DNA of 60,982 bases from Candidatus Aenigmatarchaeota archaeon (GCA_039091735.1 JAWCLB010000004.1:1-60982), one strand, 5' to 3'. Shown: positions 7,475 through 17,973, counted from the first letter of the stretch. Numbers and translations are program-made. The notes: generated by a model not told the origin, from the letters alone.

Positions 7475-8677
7475 ATGAAGCAAAAAACAAGAATAAGCTT
7501 AATCGTATTGCTATTTTTGGTTTCTGTGGATTTTGCATTATCAAACCAGAAATCTGAGGTAGTTGTTATCCCATCTGAGGTTGTTAATATAACCCACGAA
7601 GCGATAAAGACTGAAACTATAAAGATAGATATCCGCAAAGCAGAAGAGATTCATGCAATACCCAAAGGTTGTGAAAATTTGTGTGGTGATGGTATCTGTC
7701 AAAGGATAGTATGTATGGCACTTGGCTGTCCTTGCCCAGAAACAGCAGAGAGTTGTCCACAAGATTGCAAAAAAATTGGTTTAGCAAATCCAGCTAGCGC
7801 TTATTGTGAAGAGTCTGGTTATAAATTAGATATTAGAAAAGACGCCGAAGGTAATGAATATGGTGTTTGCGTTTTTCCTGATGGCAATGAGTGCGAGGAG
7901 TGGGCATTTTATAAGGGAGATTGTGGTCAGGAATACAAAAAGATTGAACAAGAAAAAATAGAGGAAGTTATTAAAGCTCGGCCAACAATATCTTTGCCTA
8001 ATGAAACAAGTATCAAGATTTTGCCGTCAGAGGCTAAGCCAATTTTGATTGAAGATAGACCTGTTGAATTTACAGGCATAGAAGAGACACCAACGATCTC
8101 TGTAAAGATAAGGCCAAAAATACATCCAGGGATGCCTGCTAAAGCATCTCAAATTGTATGCCAAGCCACCTTGAGAGAAGAGATTGGAAAATGCATTTCA
8201 GCTGGAAATTCAACAGATGTTTGCAAGGCTGAGTATGAAAGAATTGTTAAAGAGAAATGTTTTAACAAAACAGCAGAAGAAATTGCTAACTTATTGCCTG
8301 CTGTGTCAGTTAAAGTAGACATAGATAAAGAAAATAAAGAGACAAGAATTGAAGTCGCTAATACCACAGCAGTTACGCGAGAAATTCTGAAGTTTAAGCA
8401 ATCATCAATGAGGATAGAAACGCCAAAAGGCGATGTTGTTGTACAAGTATTGCCAAATGCAGCTACAGAAGTGGCTATATCCAAAGAACCACAAAAGATT
8501 GATATTGTCGAACTAAGACTTGAAGAAGAAAAACCAATTTACAGGATTGGTGGAAGCAAGGATGCTAAATTGCTTTGGATAATTCCTGTAGTAGTGCCTG
8601 TAACAACACATATAAGCGGCGAAACAGGGGAAATTATTAAAATAGAAAAGCCTTGGTGGAGTTTCTTAGCTAGGTAA
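7475..8677 (+). CDS. Secreted multidomain protein: CGDGxC repeat, DUF333 domain, C-terminal KPWW domain
   Basis: Signal peptide; CGDGICQ..CPETAESCPQDC; GLANPASAYCEESG...CVFPDGNECEEWAFYKGDC (DUF333); ends KLLWIIPV...ETGEIIKIEKPWWSFL. Confidence 0.8.
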   Translation: MKQKTRISLIVLLFLVSVDFALSNQKSEVVVIPSEVVNITHEAIKTETIKIDIRKAEEIHAIPKGCENLCGDGICQRIVCMALGCPCPETAESCPQDCKKIGLANPASAYCEESGYKLDIRKDAEGNEYGVCVFPDGNECEEWAFYKGDCGQEYKKIEQEKIEEVIKARPTISLPNETSIKILPSEAKPILIEDRPVEFTGIEETPTISVKIRPKIHPGMPAKASQIVCQATLREEIGKCISAGNSTDVCKAEYERIVKEKCFNKTAEEIANLLPAVSVKVDIDKENKETRIEVANTTAVTREILKFKQSSMRIETPKGDVVVQVLPNAATEVAISKEPQKIDIVELRLEEEKPIYRIGGSKDAKLLWIIPVVVPVTTHISGETGEIIKIEKPWWSFLAR

Positions 8678-8801
8678 TTTTGAGCTTTCTAACACTGTCC
8701 AATTGAATGCCTCTTTGCTTCTATTTTCAGAATTCTTGCTAAAGTACATACAACGGTATTAACTATTTAAATTTTCGTCTATTTATCTAAATACGATAAA
8801 A

Positions 8802-8966
8802 ATGGTAAGAGTGGACAAAGAAAAGTGCATTGGGTGCGGGACTTGTGTGGCTATCTGCCCTGAGGGGTTTGAACTTAAAAATGGAAAATCATCGATAAAA
8901 AATAAAAAGGCGAAATGCCTAGAAGATGCCGCAAGCTCTTGTCCAGTAGGCGCGATCATCATTTAA
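8802..8966 (+). CDS. Ferredoxin (single 4Fe-4S cluster type)
   Basis: 54 aa read manually: CIGCGTCVAICP...CPVGAI. Confidence 0.92.
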   Translation: MVRVDKEKCIGCGTCVAICPEGFELKNGKSSIKNKKAKCLEDAASSCPVGAIII

Positions 8967-9074
8967 ATGCCACATACTTATTAGTATAATAATAGGATTG
9001 AGTATCTTGAAAATTAAAAGATTTTAAAAGATTGCTGACAAATTCTTATGATTACAATTGTTTATGTGATAGAT

Positions 9075-9548
9075 ATGCAAAAACAGGAAAAGATAGAGCA
9101 AAAGAATATTATTAGATTGCTGTCTACTGATTTAGACTCTTCGCTTCCGCTCATATCTGCGCTGAGAAGAATAAAAGGCATTGGATTTATGTTTTCCAAT
9201 GCTATTTGCAACCATCTTGGACTAGACCCAAAAATCAAAATTGGCTCATTAAGCGATGAACAGATAAAAAAGGTGGAAGAAACCATAAAAAACCCGCAGT
9301 TTTATCCATGGTTATTGAATAGAAGAAAAGATCCAAGAACAGGAAAAGACATGCATATAGTCAGTGGTGATATACCTCTAAAATTAAGAGAGGACATAAG
9401 CCTATTGAAAAAAATTAGATGTTATAGAGGGATAAGGCATGAGCTCGGTCTGCCTGTTCGAGGACAAAGAACAGGAGGCGGTAGTTTTAGAAAAGGAAAG
9501 ACTGTTGGTGTGGTAAGGAAAAAGGCTGTAACACAACAAAAGAAGTAA
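9075..9548 (+). CDS. rps13: 30S ribosomal protein S13 (uS13)
   Basis: IKGIG, WLLNRRKD, YRGIRHELGLPVRGQRT. Confidence 0.96.
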   Translation: MQKQEKIEQKNIIRLLSTDLDSSLPLISALRRIKGIGFMFSNAICNHLGLDPKIKIGSLSDEQIKKVEETIKNPQFYPWLLNRRKDPRTGKDMHIVSGDIPLKLREDISLLKKIRCYRGIRHELGLPVRGQRTGGGSFRKGKTVGVVRKKAVTQQKK

Positions 9549-9558
9549 AGGTGTTGGT

Positions 9559-10062
9559 ATGGGACATCCCAGAAGACTGAAAAAGAAATATGAAAGGCCA
9601 AAAAATCCATTTTACAATCTTGAGGAAGAGAAAAGTCTATTAAAGGAGTTCGGATTAAAGAAAAAGGCAGAGCTGTGGAGAGTACAAACAGAACTCAGAA
9701 AAATCAGAAAGAGGGCAATGAATCTAAATGCAAGAAGGAATCAAGAAGAGGAGAAGAAATTACTAGAAAAGTTAAATAAAATAGGTCTTAATGTCAAAAC
9801 CCTTGACGATGTTCTAAAATTAACTGTGAAAGACTTGTTATCAAGAAGGTTGCAGACTGTCATATTTAAGAAAGGTTTGAGCAGGAGCATAAAACACTCT
9901 AGACAATTGATTACCCATGGGCATGTTCTGATTAATAACAGGAGGGTGATCTTTCCAAGCTTTCTCGTGCCATCTGCACTTGAGGATAAAATTGTGTTAA
10001 ATATAAATAAGGGCACAAGGAGTGTGCCAGAAAATAAAGAGGCTGAGATGCAAAATGCCTAA
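9559..10062 (+). CDS. rps4: 30S ribosomal protein S4 (uS4)
   Basis: [34 protein letters not shown]. Confidence 0.96.
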   Translation: MGHPRRLKKKYERPKNPFYNLEEEKSLLKEFGLKKKAELWRVQTELRKIRKRAMNLNARRNQEEEKKLLEKLNKIGLNVKTLDDVLKLTVKDLLSRRLQTVIFKKGLSRSIKHSRQLITHGHVLINNRRVIFPSFLVPSALEDKIVLNINKGTRSVPENKEAEMQNA

Positions 10063-10447
10063 AAAAACAATATGGGGAATTGCAAATATTTATTCATCAA
10101 TAAACAATACTATAATTCATATAACTGATTTAACGGGAAGCGAGACAATAGCGAGATTTAGTGGTGGTCAATCAACAGACAAAGATAGGATGAAGGGAAA
10201 GCCATTTCCTGCCATGAAGTCTGCACGAAAGGCAGCTGAGCTTGCTTTGGCAGCTGGCATCACAGGTGTTCATATTAAAGTAAGAGGCCCGGGCGGAAAC
10301 AAGAGCTTTATGCCAGGGCAGGGTGCTCAGCCAGCTATAAGGGCTCTTGCAAGAGCAGGACTGAAAATAGGTAGAATAGAGGATGTGACACCAATACCCA
10401 CAGACCATTGCAGAAAAAAACATGGCAGAAGAGGAAGGAGGGTATAA
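10055..10447 (+). CDS. rps11: 30S ribosomal protein S11 (uS11)
   Basis: [22 protein letters not shown]...[10 protein letters not shown]...GRRGRRV. Confidence 0.96.
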   Translation: MPKKTIWGIANIYSSINNTIIHITDLTGSETIARFSGGQSTDKDRMKGKPFPAMKSARKAAELALAAGITGVHIKVRGPGGNKSFMPGQGAQPAIRALARAGLKIGRIEDVTPIPTDHCRKKHGRRGRRV

Positions 10448-10458
10448 AGGAGGTTGTT

Positions 10459-11073
10459 ATGAAAATCCAGATTTTGGAAGAAAGCGAAAGAAAAATAAAA
10501 TTTATGCTTTCAGAATCAAACAACGCTTTTGCAAATGCATTAAGGAGAATTATGATTAGCGAGATTCCAACAATGGCAATTGATACAGTTGACTTTCACT
10601 ATAATTCCTCTGGCCTTTGTGATGAAATTATTGCACATCGTCTAGGGCTAATACCTCTCACTTACAATCCAAAATTCTACAATCTGAAAGAAGATTGCAG
10701 TTGCAATGGCAAGGGTTGCTCACATTGTCAGGTTGCTCTTAGTTTTGACTCAAAAAAAATAACCAAAGATTCTGAATATACAGTAAAATCAGGCGATCTC
10801 AAATCAGATGACCCAGAGGTTAGGCCAATTGACCCAGAAATACCAATTGTAGAACTGTTAGAAAACCAAAAGCTAAAGTTCGATGCAATAGCTAGGCTTG
10901 GTTTTGGCAAAGAGCATGCAAAGTGGCAGGGAGCTGTTGTCGGTTATAGCACAAAGAATAATACTGACTTTGTTTTTAATGTAGAGTCTGTTTGTGGGTT
11001 GAATGCTAGAGATATCTTGACTAAATCTCTTGAGATCATGAAAAAAAAGATAAAGGATTTCAAAGTGAAATGA
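10459..11073 (+). CDS. rpoD: RNA polymerase subunit D (Rpo3)
   Basis: FANALRRIMISEIPTMAI, IAHRLGLIPL, GKEHAKWQ; follows S13-S4-S11. Confidence 0.95.
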   Translation: MKIQILEESERKIKFMLSESNNAFANALRRIMISEIPTMAIDTVDFHYNSSGLCDEIIAHRLGLIPLTYNPKFYNLKEDCSCNGKGCSHCQVALSFDSKKITKDSEYTVKSGDLKSDDPEVRPIDPEIPIVELLENQKLKFDAIARLGFGKEHAKWQGAVVGYSTKNNTDFVFNVESVCGLNARDILTKSLEIMKKKIKDFKVK

Positions 11074-11378
11074 AATATAAAACCAACTAAGGAAACTATT
11101 AACAAGAATTTTGTATTGTTTTAAAGAAGATAACTCTCACAAAGATTTTTTACTCTTTTACTATTCAATCTTGCTACTTCTCCTTTGGCAATAGACTTTA
11201 AAAAAGCTCTTCATTAACAACTATCAGAATTGCCAACTGAATTGTGCCTTTTGGATAGGTGAATCTCAGCCTTACTACTGATTTATAGCATGCTCTAATA
11301 AATAATACAGCTGTAATGTTTTTGTATTACAATTACCTTTGGGTAAAGATTTATAAAATCACATTTATAAAAAAATTT

Positions 11379-12254
11379 ATGTTGGACCAATTGATTAGAA
11401 AGGCACACTCGGCAAAAAGTATTAAAGATGTGAAGAAGTTGGCTGAGGGTGTAGTTTACTCCCCAGAGTTAGAAGGTGAACTATATCGTGAACTAATAAA
11501 TATGCCAGTATATGATAAGCAACAAAAACAATTTTTAGGTTTGCTTGTTGGAAAATTTTATGGTTCTGATGTGGCAGATGTCTTTGATATAGATTATTTT
11601 GGTTTTGGTTCAGATGGATTAAAATTGCTTGGAAAAAACTTGAGGAGTGACAATATCTTATCTTGTTCATCTAATGCACTAATTGCTGGTTGCAAATTTG
11701 AAGGAGATTATATTTGTGAGAGGTCAAGACATGCTTATGTTCGAAATTCAAAATTTTTGGGTGAGGATGTTTTCAGAGGCTCAAAGAACGTCGTTATTGA
11801 AAATAGCGAATCATTGGGTCATGATTTTGGAAGGCACTCCAAAAATATGATTTTCATAGATGGTGTATTACGAGGAGATCATGCATTGAGCCATATAAGA
11901 GGACTAAAGGTGGTAAACAGTGAATTTTATGGTCACAATAATTTCTGCACCTCTGAGCATATAGCTGCCTTTTGTCCTTACATCAACTGTATAGTAAATC
12001 CAAAAGGAGGTATTATTATTGCTAAGAGGCTAGATTATGTTGAAATTAATGAGGAAATTTTTGACCCCTCAAACACAAAAATTTTTGCTGTGGATTACCC
12101 TGGAAACAAATACACAAATATTATTAAAATTAAAAAAAGCGATGTAGCAGGCAAATGGGATAGTGAGAATCTTGAAGAAAGGTTAATATATATTTGCAGA
12201 AAGTATAATGTGAAAATACCTGATTTCTTGTGTGAGACCAGAATGAAATTATAG
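11379..12254 (+). CDS. Hypothetical protein with probable beta-helix repeats (DUF3737-like)
   Basis: About 19-aa repeats such as SKNVVIENSESLG / SRHAYVRNSKFLG / IRGLKVVNSEFYG. Confidence 0.6.
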   Translation: MLDQLIRKAHSAKSIKDVKKLAEGVVYSPELEGELYRELINMPVYDKQQKQFLGLLVGKFYGSDVADVFDIDYFGFGSDGLKLLGKNLRSDNILSCSSNALIAGCKFEGDYICERSRHAYVRNSKFLGEDVFRGSKNVVIENSESLGHDFGRHSKNMIFIDGVLRGDHALSHIRGLKVVNSEFYGHNNFCTSEHIAAFCPYINCIVNPKGGIIIAKRLDYVEINEEIFDPSNTKIFAVDYPGNKYTNIIKIKKSDVAGKWDSENLEERLIYICRKYNVKIPDFLCETRMKL

Positions 12255-12311
12255 TTCAGATTTTTATCCATTTTTGAATAAAGATTTAAGCTTCTTTACT
12301 ATAATTTTGTT

Positions 12312-12827
12312 ATGCAATATTTTTCAGAGATATATAACTCTTGGAAAAATATTCAGGAACAAAAATACAAAGTGATTCTTGATTTATTGAAAAAAGAAAA
12401 CGTGAAACTTTCAGAGGGTTTGGTATTAGATATCGGTTGCGGTCCATTTTATTTTGAATCTTTTTTAGAGAAGAACGGAATAGATACTTCAAACTTTTTT
12501 TATCTTGATATAGAAGCAAGAAATCCAAGCAAGCACTTTGTCTTAGGAGATGCCAATGCAATTCCATTTAAACCAAGAACATTCTTTGTTGTTTTCTGCA
12601 TAGATGTTATTCACCTGATTAATAACCCAAATGAACTTTATGAAATCACTAAGGAGAATGGCCTTATATTAGCAAGCTTGTTTTTTAACAAGGAAAACAT
12701 GGAAGAAAGAACAGCAGAGATATTGGATAAATTAAACAGATTTAAAATCTTAAGAGAAGTCTTATTAACGGGAAGAGAAAGCGAGATTATAATTTTAGGG
12801 GTTCGTGATGATAGAAAAGAGCAATAA
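12312..12827 (+). CDS. Class I SAM-dependent methyltransferase
   Basis: VLDIGCG motif I, YLDI, GDANAIPF. Confidence 0.85.
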   Translation: MQYFSEIYNSWKNIQEQKYKVILDLLKKENVKLSEGLVLDIGCGPFYFESFLEKNGIDTSNFFYLDIEARNPSKHFVLGDANAIPFKPRTFFVVFCIDVIHLINNPNELYEITKENGLILASLFFNKENMEERTAEILDKLNRFKILREVLLTGRESEIIILGVRDDRKEQ

Positions 12828-14235
12828 TACCAAAGATAAGGACTTTTCAAGATGGTATAATAAGGTTGTCTTAGAAGCAGGGCTTGCTGACTTTTCTTCA
12901 GTAAAGGGCTTTATGTTCATCAGGCCATATGGATATGCAATCTGGGAGGAAATCCAAAGAATCTTAGATAAGAAACTCAAGGCAACAGGACACAAGAATG
13001 CTTATTCCCCTGCTGTAATCCCAGAAAACCTTTTGAACAAGGAGAAGGAACATATAAATGGCTTTGCTCCAGAATGCTTTTGGATAACACACTCGGGGTC
13101 TAATAAAATCTCAGAACGCCTTGCACTGAGACCAACATCTGAAACTATCATATATTACTCTTATGCAAAGTGGATAAGAAGCTGGCGTGACCTCCCCTTG
13201 CTCTTAAATTATTGGAATTCTGTGTTTAGGGCAGAGATAACAATGACAAAGCTTTTCCTTAGAACATGCGAATTCCTATGGCAGGAGGGTCATACTGTTC
13301 ATGCAACTAAGGAAGATGCTGATGAAGAGGTAATGCGAATACTTTCTATATACAAGGACTTGATAGAGAATTATCTGGCTATTCCTGTTCTGGTAGGAAA
13401 GAAAACAGAAAGAGAGAAGTTTCCTGGCGCTTTATACACAGCAACCCTCGAGGCATTGATGCCTGACAAAAGGGCATTGCAGATGGGAACATCGCACAAT
13501 TTGGGTCAAAACTTTTCTAAGCCATTTAATATAAAGTTTCTAGACAAAGACGAGAAGAAGAAATATGTTTGGCAAACCTCTTGGGGTGTGAGCACAAGGC
13601 TAATAGGCGGATTGGTAATGACACACGGAGATGATAAGGGCTTGGTTTTGCCGCCGAGAATTGCTCCAACCCAGATTATAATAATTCCAATAATATTTGA
13701 GAAGACAAAGAATATTGTTTTGGCAAAGGCAGAGGAGTTATCAAAATTATTGGGCAAAAGATATCGTGTAGAGGTAGATGCAAGAGAAGAGTATACAGCA
13801 GGCTGGAAATTCAATGAATGGGAGGTTAAAGGTGTGCCATTGAGAATTGAAATCGGACCAACAGATATAGAAAAAGGCCAGGTAATATTAGTTAGAAGAG
13901 ATACAGGAAAAAAGATAAATGTGAAAGAGTCCAATTTGTTAAAAGAGGTTAAATCAACTCTTGATGAGATACAGAAAAACCTGTTTGAAAGAGCAAGAAA
14001 TTTTTTGAGTACAAATATCATAACAGTCAAAGATTACGAGGATTTCAAGAAAGTACATAAAAAAGGATTTGTAAAGGCATGCTGGTGTTCAAGTAGCAAA
14101 TGCGAAGAAAAGATAAAGGAAGAGACAGGGGCTACAATCAGGCTAATACCATTTGAAAAGGAGAAAATATTCTCTACCTGCATCTACTGCGGCAGAAAGG
14201 CTAAAAGTGTAGCCTATTTTGCAAGAGCATACTAG
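12805..14235 (+). CDS. proS: Prolyl-tRNA synthetase (archaeal/eukaryotic type)
   Basis: ALRPTSET, FLRTCEFLWQEGHT, QTSWGVSTR, C-terminal FARAY. Confidence 0.97.
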   Translation: MMIEKSNNTKDKDFSRWYNKVVLEAGLADFSSVKGFMFIRPYGYAIWEEIQRILDKKLKATGHKNAYSPAVIPENLLNKEKEHINGFAPECFWITHSGSNKISERLALRPTSETIIYYSYAKWIRSWRDLPLLLNYWNSVFRAEITMTKLFLRTCEFLWQEGHTVHATKEDADEEVMRILSIYKDLIENYLAIPVLVGKKTEREKFPGALYTATLEALMPDKRALQMGTSHNLGQNFSKPFNIKFLDKDEKKKYVWQTSWGVSTRLIGGLVMTHGDDKGLVLPPRIAPTQIIIIPIIFEKTKNIVLAKAEELSKLLGKRYRVEVDAREEYTAGWKFNEWEVKGVPLRIEIGPTDIEKGQVILVRRDTGKKINVKESNLLKEVKSTLDEIQKNLFERARNFLSTNIITVKDYEDFKKVHKKGFVKACWCSSSKCEEKIKEETGATIRLIPFEKEKIFSTCIYCGRKAKSVAYFARAY

Positions 14236-14467
14236 CAATATAGAAAAAAATCTTTTGGTTTGTAAGTTTCATTACTTTTCAAACTTTTCTTTTATCTTTG
14301 AGTTTAAGATTTTCAGTGTTTTTATATGCAAATAGTGTCGTGCTTTCATTATTTGGTAACTTTCCTATGAAATGACCTGCCCCACATCAATTCCATTTAA
14401 AACAGCCAAACATGTGTCGATATCATGACATTGCCAATATCTTGTCATATCACTATGAATTGCTACA

Positions 14468-15640
14468 TTATTGTGTCAACGATCCCTCATCAAAAACCCT
14501 TATGCCATTTGTTTTTATATTTTCTGCCATTTTCATCCCTACAACATATTTTATTTTCTTGGCTATGGCAATATCCACTATCGGTTGGGTCACTAATCCA
14601 TCAAAGACTATTCCATGCACATTACCAAAATCACTTATAGCGCTGTGTAATTCATTGATTGGGACTTTTGCAATTATCTTGAGGTCTCTATCTATTAAAT
14701 AAGCAGCCTTTGTTCCAACGAGTTCGTCCAAAACATTTTTGAAAAACTTTAATGCCTCAGCAGACTCTGGTGAATGCTTTATGAATTTAATGACCTGTTG
14801 CTGTGGAGGATAGGATATAAACTCTTTCTTCACTTGGTCAGCAGGCAATTTTTCTCTCAAAGCCTTATAAATCTCTTTTTTTGTCAGGTCTTCAACCTCT
14901 TTTCCCATAGGAGCTCTTGCAACGTAATCTATCTCTGTTATATTGAGCAATCTCTTTAGAATGAGATCACCGCCCCTATCTCCATCTAAAAATACTGTAA
15001 CTACCTTTTCCTTTGACAAGTCTATAATAGCTTGTGGAATGGTTGAGCCTTCTATAGCGATCACATTTTTTATACCATTTTTTAGAAGGGTTATAACATC
15101 TGCCCTTCCCTCTACCATGATTATTTCCTCATAGCTATCAATGTTTGGCCCTGAAGATAGCCCATGATATGTGGTTATTTCTTGAGTTCTGATTTCTTCC
15201 TTAATCTGCTCAGAAATTTCTCGGGATTCCTCTCCACTAACGCTCATCATCGATTTTAGTATTTCTTTTGCCCTCTCTAATATATAACGCCTTTTCTGAG
15301 ATCTTACATCTTCAACTTCTGTTATTACTATATGAGCATCGCATGGACCAATCTTGTCAATTGTTTCCAGACTTGATGCTATCAGAGCAGTTTCGCTCAT
15401 ATCAAGGCTTGAGGGTATCATTATTGTACCATCACTTTTTCCATTTTTTACCCTTAGCTTAACTTCTATCCTTCCTATTCTGCCTGTGCGTTGGAGCTCA
15501 CGCAAATCAAGATCGGTTCCAAGAAGACCTTCTGTTTGCCCAAAGATTGCCCCTATTACATCTGGCTTTTCTATAATGCCACTTGCCTCTAATTTGGCAT
15601 GCACAACATATTTTGCAAAACTTTGCGCTAATTTTGACAT
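14468..15640 (-). CDS. dnaG: Archaeal DnaG (TOPRIM, exosome-associated)
   Basis: EKPDVIGAIFGQTEGLLG, VEGRADV, FLDGDRGG. Confidence 0.96.
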   Translation of the reverse strand: MSKLAQSFAKYVVHAKLEASGIIEKPDVIGAIFGQTEGLLGTDLDLRELQRTGRIGRIEVKLRVKNGKSDGTIMIPSSLDMSETALIASSLETIDKIGPCDAHIVITEVEDVRSQKRRYILERAKEILKSMMSVSGEESREISEQIKEEIRTQEITTYHGLSSGPNIDSYEEIIMVEGRADVITLLKNGIKNVIAIEGSTIPQAIIDLSKEKVVTVFLDGDRGGDLILKRLLNITEIDYVARAPMGKEVEDLTKKEIYKALREKLPADQVKKEFISYPPQQQVIKFIKHSPESAEALKFFKNVLDELVGTKAAYLIDRDLKIIAKVPINELHSAISDFGNVHGIVFDGLVTQPIVDIAIAKKIKYVVGMKMAENIKTNGIRVFDEGSLTQ

Positions 15641-15676
15641 TTAAACCACACCTCTAATAAACCCTAAATGGGCTAA

Positions 15677-15771
15677 CAAAATCAGAAATAGTCCTAACTA
15701 AGTTCACTCAAAGTATCAATGTAAATCATGAAATTCATTGAACATCACCTTTCTAGACTATTCTGATTTTG
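15677..15771 (-). promoter_or_regulatory. Long hairpin in the dnaG 5' leader enclosing a 14-codon uORF (15738-15694)
   Basis: CAAAATCAGAAATAGTC (15677-15693) pairs with GACTATTCTGATTTTG (15756-15771) with one bulge; AGGTGA SD before ATG MNFMIYIDTLSELS. Confidence 0.55.
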
Positions 15772-15928
15772 AATAATTAATATTTGTTGAAAAAAGATTT
15801 AAATACGTTCTTTCAATAACTATCAAAACAATTGGATATGGCTAACAATGTTATTTGTCTTACCATGCTAATGCCATGTTCCTTTATTAACAAAAAACAT
15901 TAATATTGGAAAGTTTAATATTACACCA

Positions 15929-17233
15929 ATGCTCACAAAAATTATTAATGAGGGGGTTGAGAAACTAAAAAAGATGGAAGATGTCTTAGTAGTATCGCAT
16001 TATGATTGTGATGGTCTTACATCTTCAGCCATAATCTCAAAGGCATTGAAAAGAAGACATATAAGATTCTCTTTATTGATTCTAAAAGAAATAAATGAAG
16101 AGTCTATCAAAAAGATTAGCGAGTATAAAATTCCAATATTATTTGTTGATATAGGCTCAAATGTAATGATAAGAGAAATAGACGAAGAGATAATAATACT
16201 TGATCATCATGAACCTGTAAATTTCAGCGAAAAGAATATAACGGAGATAAATCCTGAGATTTTTGGAATTCATGAGCTGTCAAGCAGTGGAACTTGTTAC
16301 CTGTTTGCAAATGCTATAAGCAAGGAAAATAAGGACATGGCAGACCTGGCATTAGCTGGTGCAGTAGGCGATTTAATGACCCAAAACAGCATGTTTACTG
16401 GAAATAACTTAAAGATACTGAAAGATGCTGAAGAGCTTGGACTAATAAGAGTTGAAAAGGGTATGAGGGTCTTTGGATATAACTCAAGGCCAATCCACAA
16501 GGCTTTGGAGCTATGCTTTGATCCATACATACCGAATGTAAGCGGAAGTGAATCTGGTGCAGTCCAGTTTCTTTCAGAACTTGGAATTAAAATAAGGGAG
16601 AATGAAAAGTTCCGCTGCCTCAGAGACTTGACAGATAGAGAAAAACTTAAGCTTCACTCAGCAATTATCGTGAATAGGCTTGCAAACAACATGAAGGCGC
16701 CTGAAGACATATTCGGATACAATTATTTTATGACAAGATATAAACTAGAAATCAAGGAATTTGCAACAATTATAAATGCCTTTGGAAGATTGGAGAGATA
16801 TTATGATGGTATTGAATTTTGTCTTAAACCAGGTAAAAAGAATGAAGAAGAGGTTTTGAATGAGTACAAATCCCTTTTGGGCAAATTTATTTGTTGGGCA
16901 AGGGACAATCTCTTTATAAGAGATGAGATATGCTATATATTAGCAAAAGACAACATTTCCCCAAATTTTATTTCTCCTGTTGCTACAATCTATTCAAGCC
17001 TTGTGCCGCAAAAGATTTTGGTTGGTTCTGCATATGACGGGGATAAGGTAAAATTTTCAATAAGAAATAGAACAGCTATTAACATTCAAAATATAATCAA
17101 TGAAATTGCAGATATGCTTGGCGGAGTGGGAGGAGGGCATAGAGAAGCATGCGGTGCTACAATACCTAAGAGTGAAGAAGAAAGGTTTATAAAACTTTTA
17201 AATAAATCAATTAGAAAAGCATTAAGTGGGTGA
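15929..17233 (+). CDS. RecJ-like DHH phosphoesterase (GAN/Cdc45-RecJ family)
   Basis: SHYDCDG, FVDIG, ILDHH, GAVGD, GGGHREACG. Confidence 0.92.
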   Translation: MLTKIINEGVEKLKKMEDVLVVSHYDCDGLTSSAIISKALKRRHIRFSLLILKEINEESIKKISEYKIPILFVDIGSNVMIREIDEEIIILDHHEPVNFSEKNITEINPEIFGIHELSSSGTCYLFANAISKENKDMADLALAGAVGDLMTQNSMFTGNNLKILKDAEELGLIRVEKGMRVFGYNSRPIHKALELCFDPYIPNVSGSESGAVQFLSELGIKIRENEKFRCLRDLTDREKLKLHSAIIVNRLANNMKAPEDIFGYNYFMTRYKLEIKEFATIINAFGRLERYYDGIEFCLKPGKKNEEEVLNEYKSLLGKFICWARDNLFIRDEICYILAKDNISPNFISPVATIYSSLVPQKILVGSAYDGDKVKFSIRNRTAINIQNIINEIADMLGGVGGGHREACGATIPKSEEERFIKLLNKSIRKALSG

Positions 17234-17240
17234 TGATGGT

Positions 17241-17558
17241 ATGGAGGAAAGCAAGGTTTTTGAGTTAATTGAACTTGCAAGACAAACCGGAAAAATAAAG
17301 AAGGGCGTTAATGAAACCACAAAGGCAATTGAAAGAGGTATAGCAAAGCTTGTGGTCGCTGCCAAGGATGTTGACCCAAAGGAGATTATAATGCATCTTG
17401 GCCCACTTTGTGAAGAGAAGAAAATTCCCTATATAGAGGTTGGAAGTAAGGCAGCACTTGGAAGAAGTTGTGGAATAAAAGTGAGTTGCACATCTATGGC
17501 AATAACAGATTTTGGGCAGGGAGAAGAAGCAGCGAAAAAACTAATCAAAGAAAAGTGA
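17241..17558 (+). CDS. rpl7ae: Ribosomal protein L7Ae (eL8)
   Basis: GKIKKGVNETTKAIERG...LCEEKKIPY. Confidence 0.96.
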   Translation: MEESKVFELIELARQTGKIKKGVNETTKAIERGIAKLVVAAKDVDPKEIIMHLGPLCEEKKIPYIEVGSKAALGRSCGIKVSCTSMAITDFGQGEEAAKKLIKEK

Positions 17559-17590
17559 TATAAGCCCTTCATATTTTGGGTGTTTGTATA

Positions 17591-17797
17591 ATGAATGAGA
17601 TACCAGCAGAGGTAATAGAGCTGTTAGAAAGGTCAGGTGTTAGAGGAATACAGCGAGTTAGATGTAAAATTACAGAGGGTGAAAACAAGGGAAAGGTATT
17701 AATAAGGGATGTAATAGGTCCTGTCAGGCTAGGAGATATTTTGATGCTCAAAGAGGTTGAGATGGAGGCACCCTCATCTCTTGGTAGAAAAAAATAA
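17591..17797 (+). CDS. rps28e: Ribosomal protein S28e
   Basis: PAEVIEL...VRCKI...RDVIGPVRLGDILMLKE; conserved L7Ae-S28e-L24e order. Confidence 0.92.
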   Translation: MNEIPAEVIELLERSGVRGIQRVRCKITEGENKGKVLIRDVIGPVRLGDILMLKEVEMEAPSSLGRKK

Positions 17798-17811
17798 ATT
17801 AGAAGATTTAT

Positions 17812-17973
17812 ATGCCGAAGTGCAGTTTTTGTTCAAAAAGGATTGAGATAGGAAGAGGAAAGCTATTTATAAAAACAACAGGCAAATCATTCTGGTTTTG
17901 TTCTAGCAAGTGCGAAAAAAATTTTGCACTTGGGAGAAATCCAAAAAGGCTTGGGTGGATAAAAAAATCTTAG
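17812..17973 (+). CDS. rpl24e: Ribosomal protein L24e
   Basis: 53 aa read manually: CSFC...GRGKLFIKTTG...FCSSKCEKN...RNPKRLGW. Confidence 0.93.
   Translation: MPKCSFCSKRIEIGRGKLFIKTTGKSFWFCSSKCEKNFALGRNPKRLGWIKKS

Noticed and set aside
11074-11378. Possible pseudogene on the minus strand after rpoD
   Set aside because: Only short open fragments with no recognisable motif.
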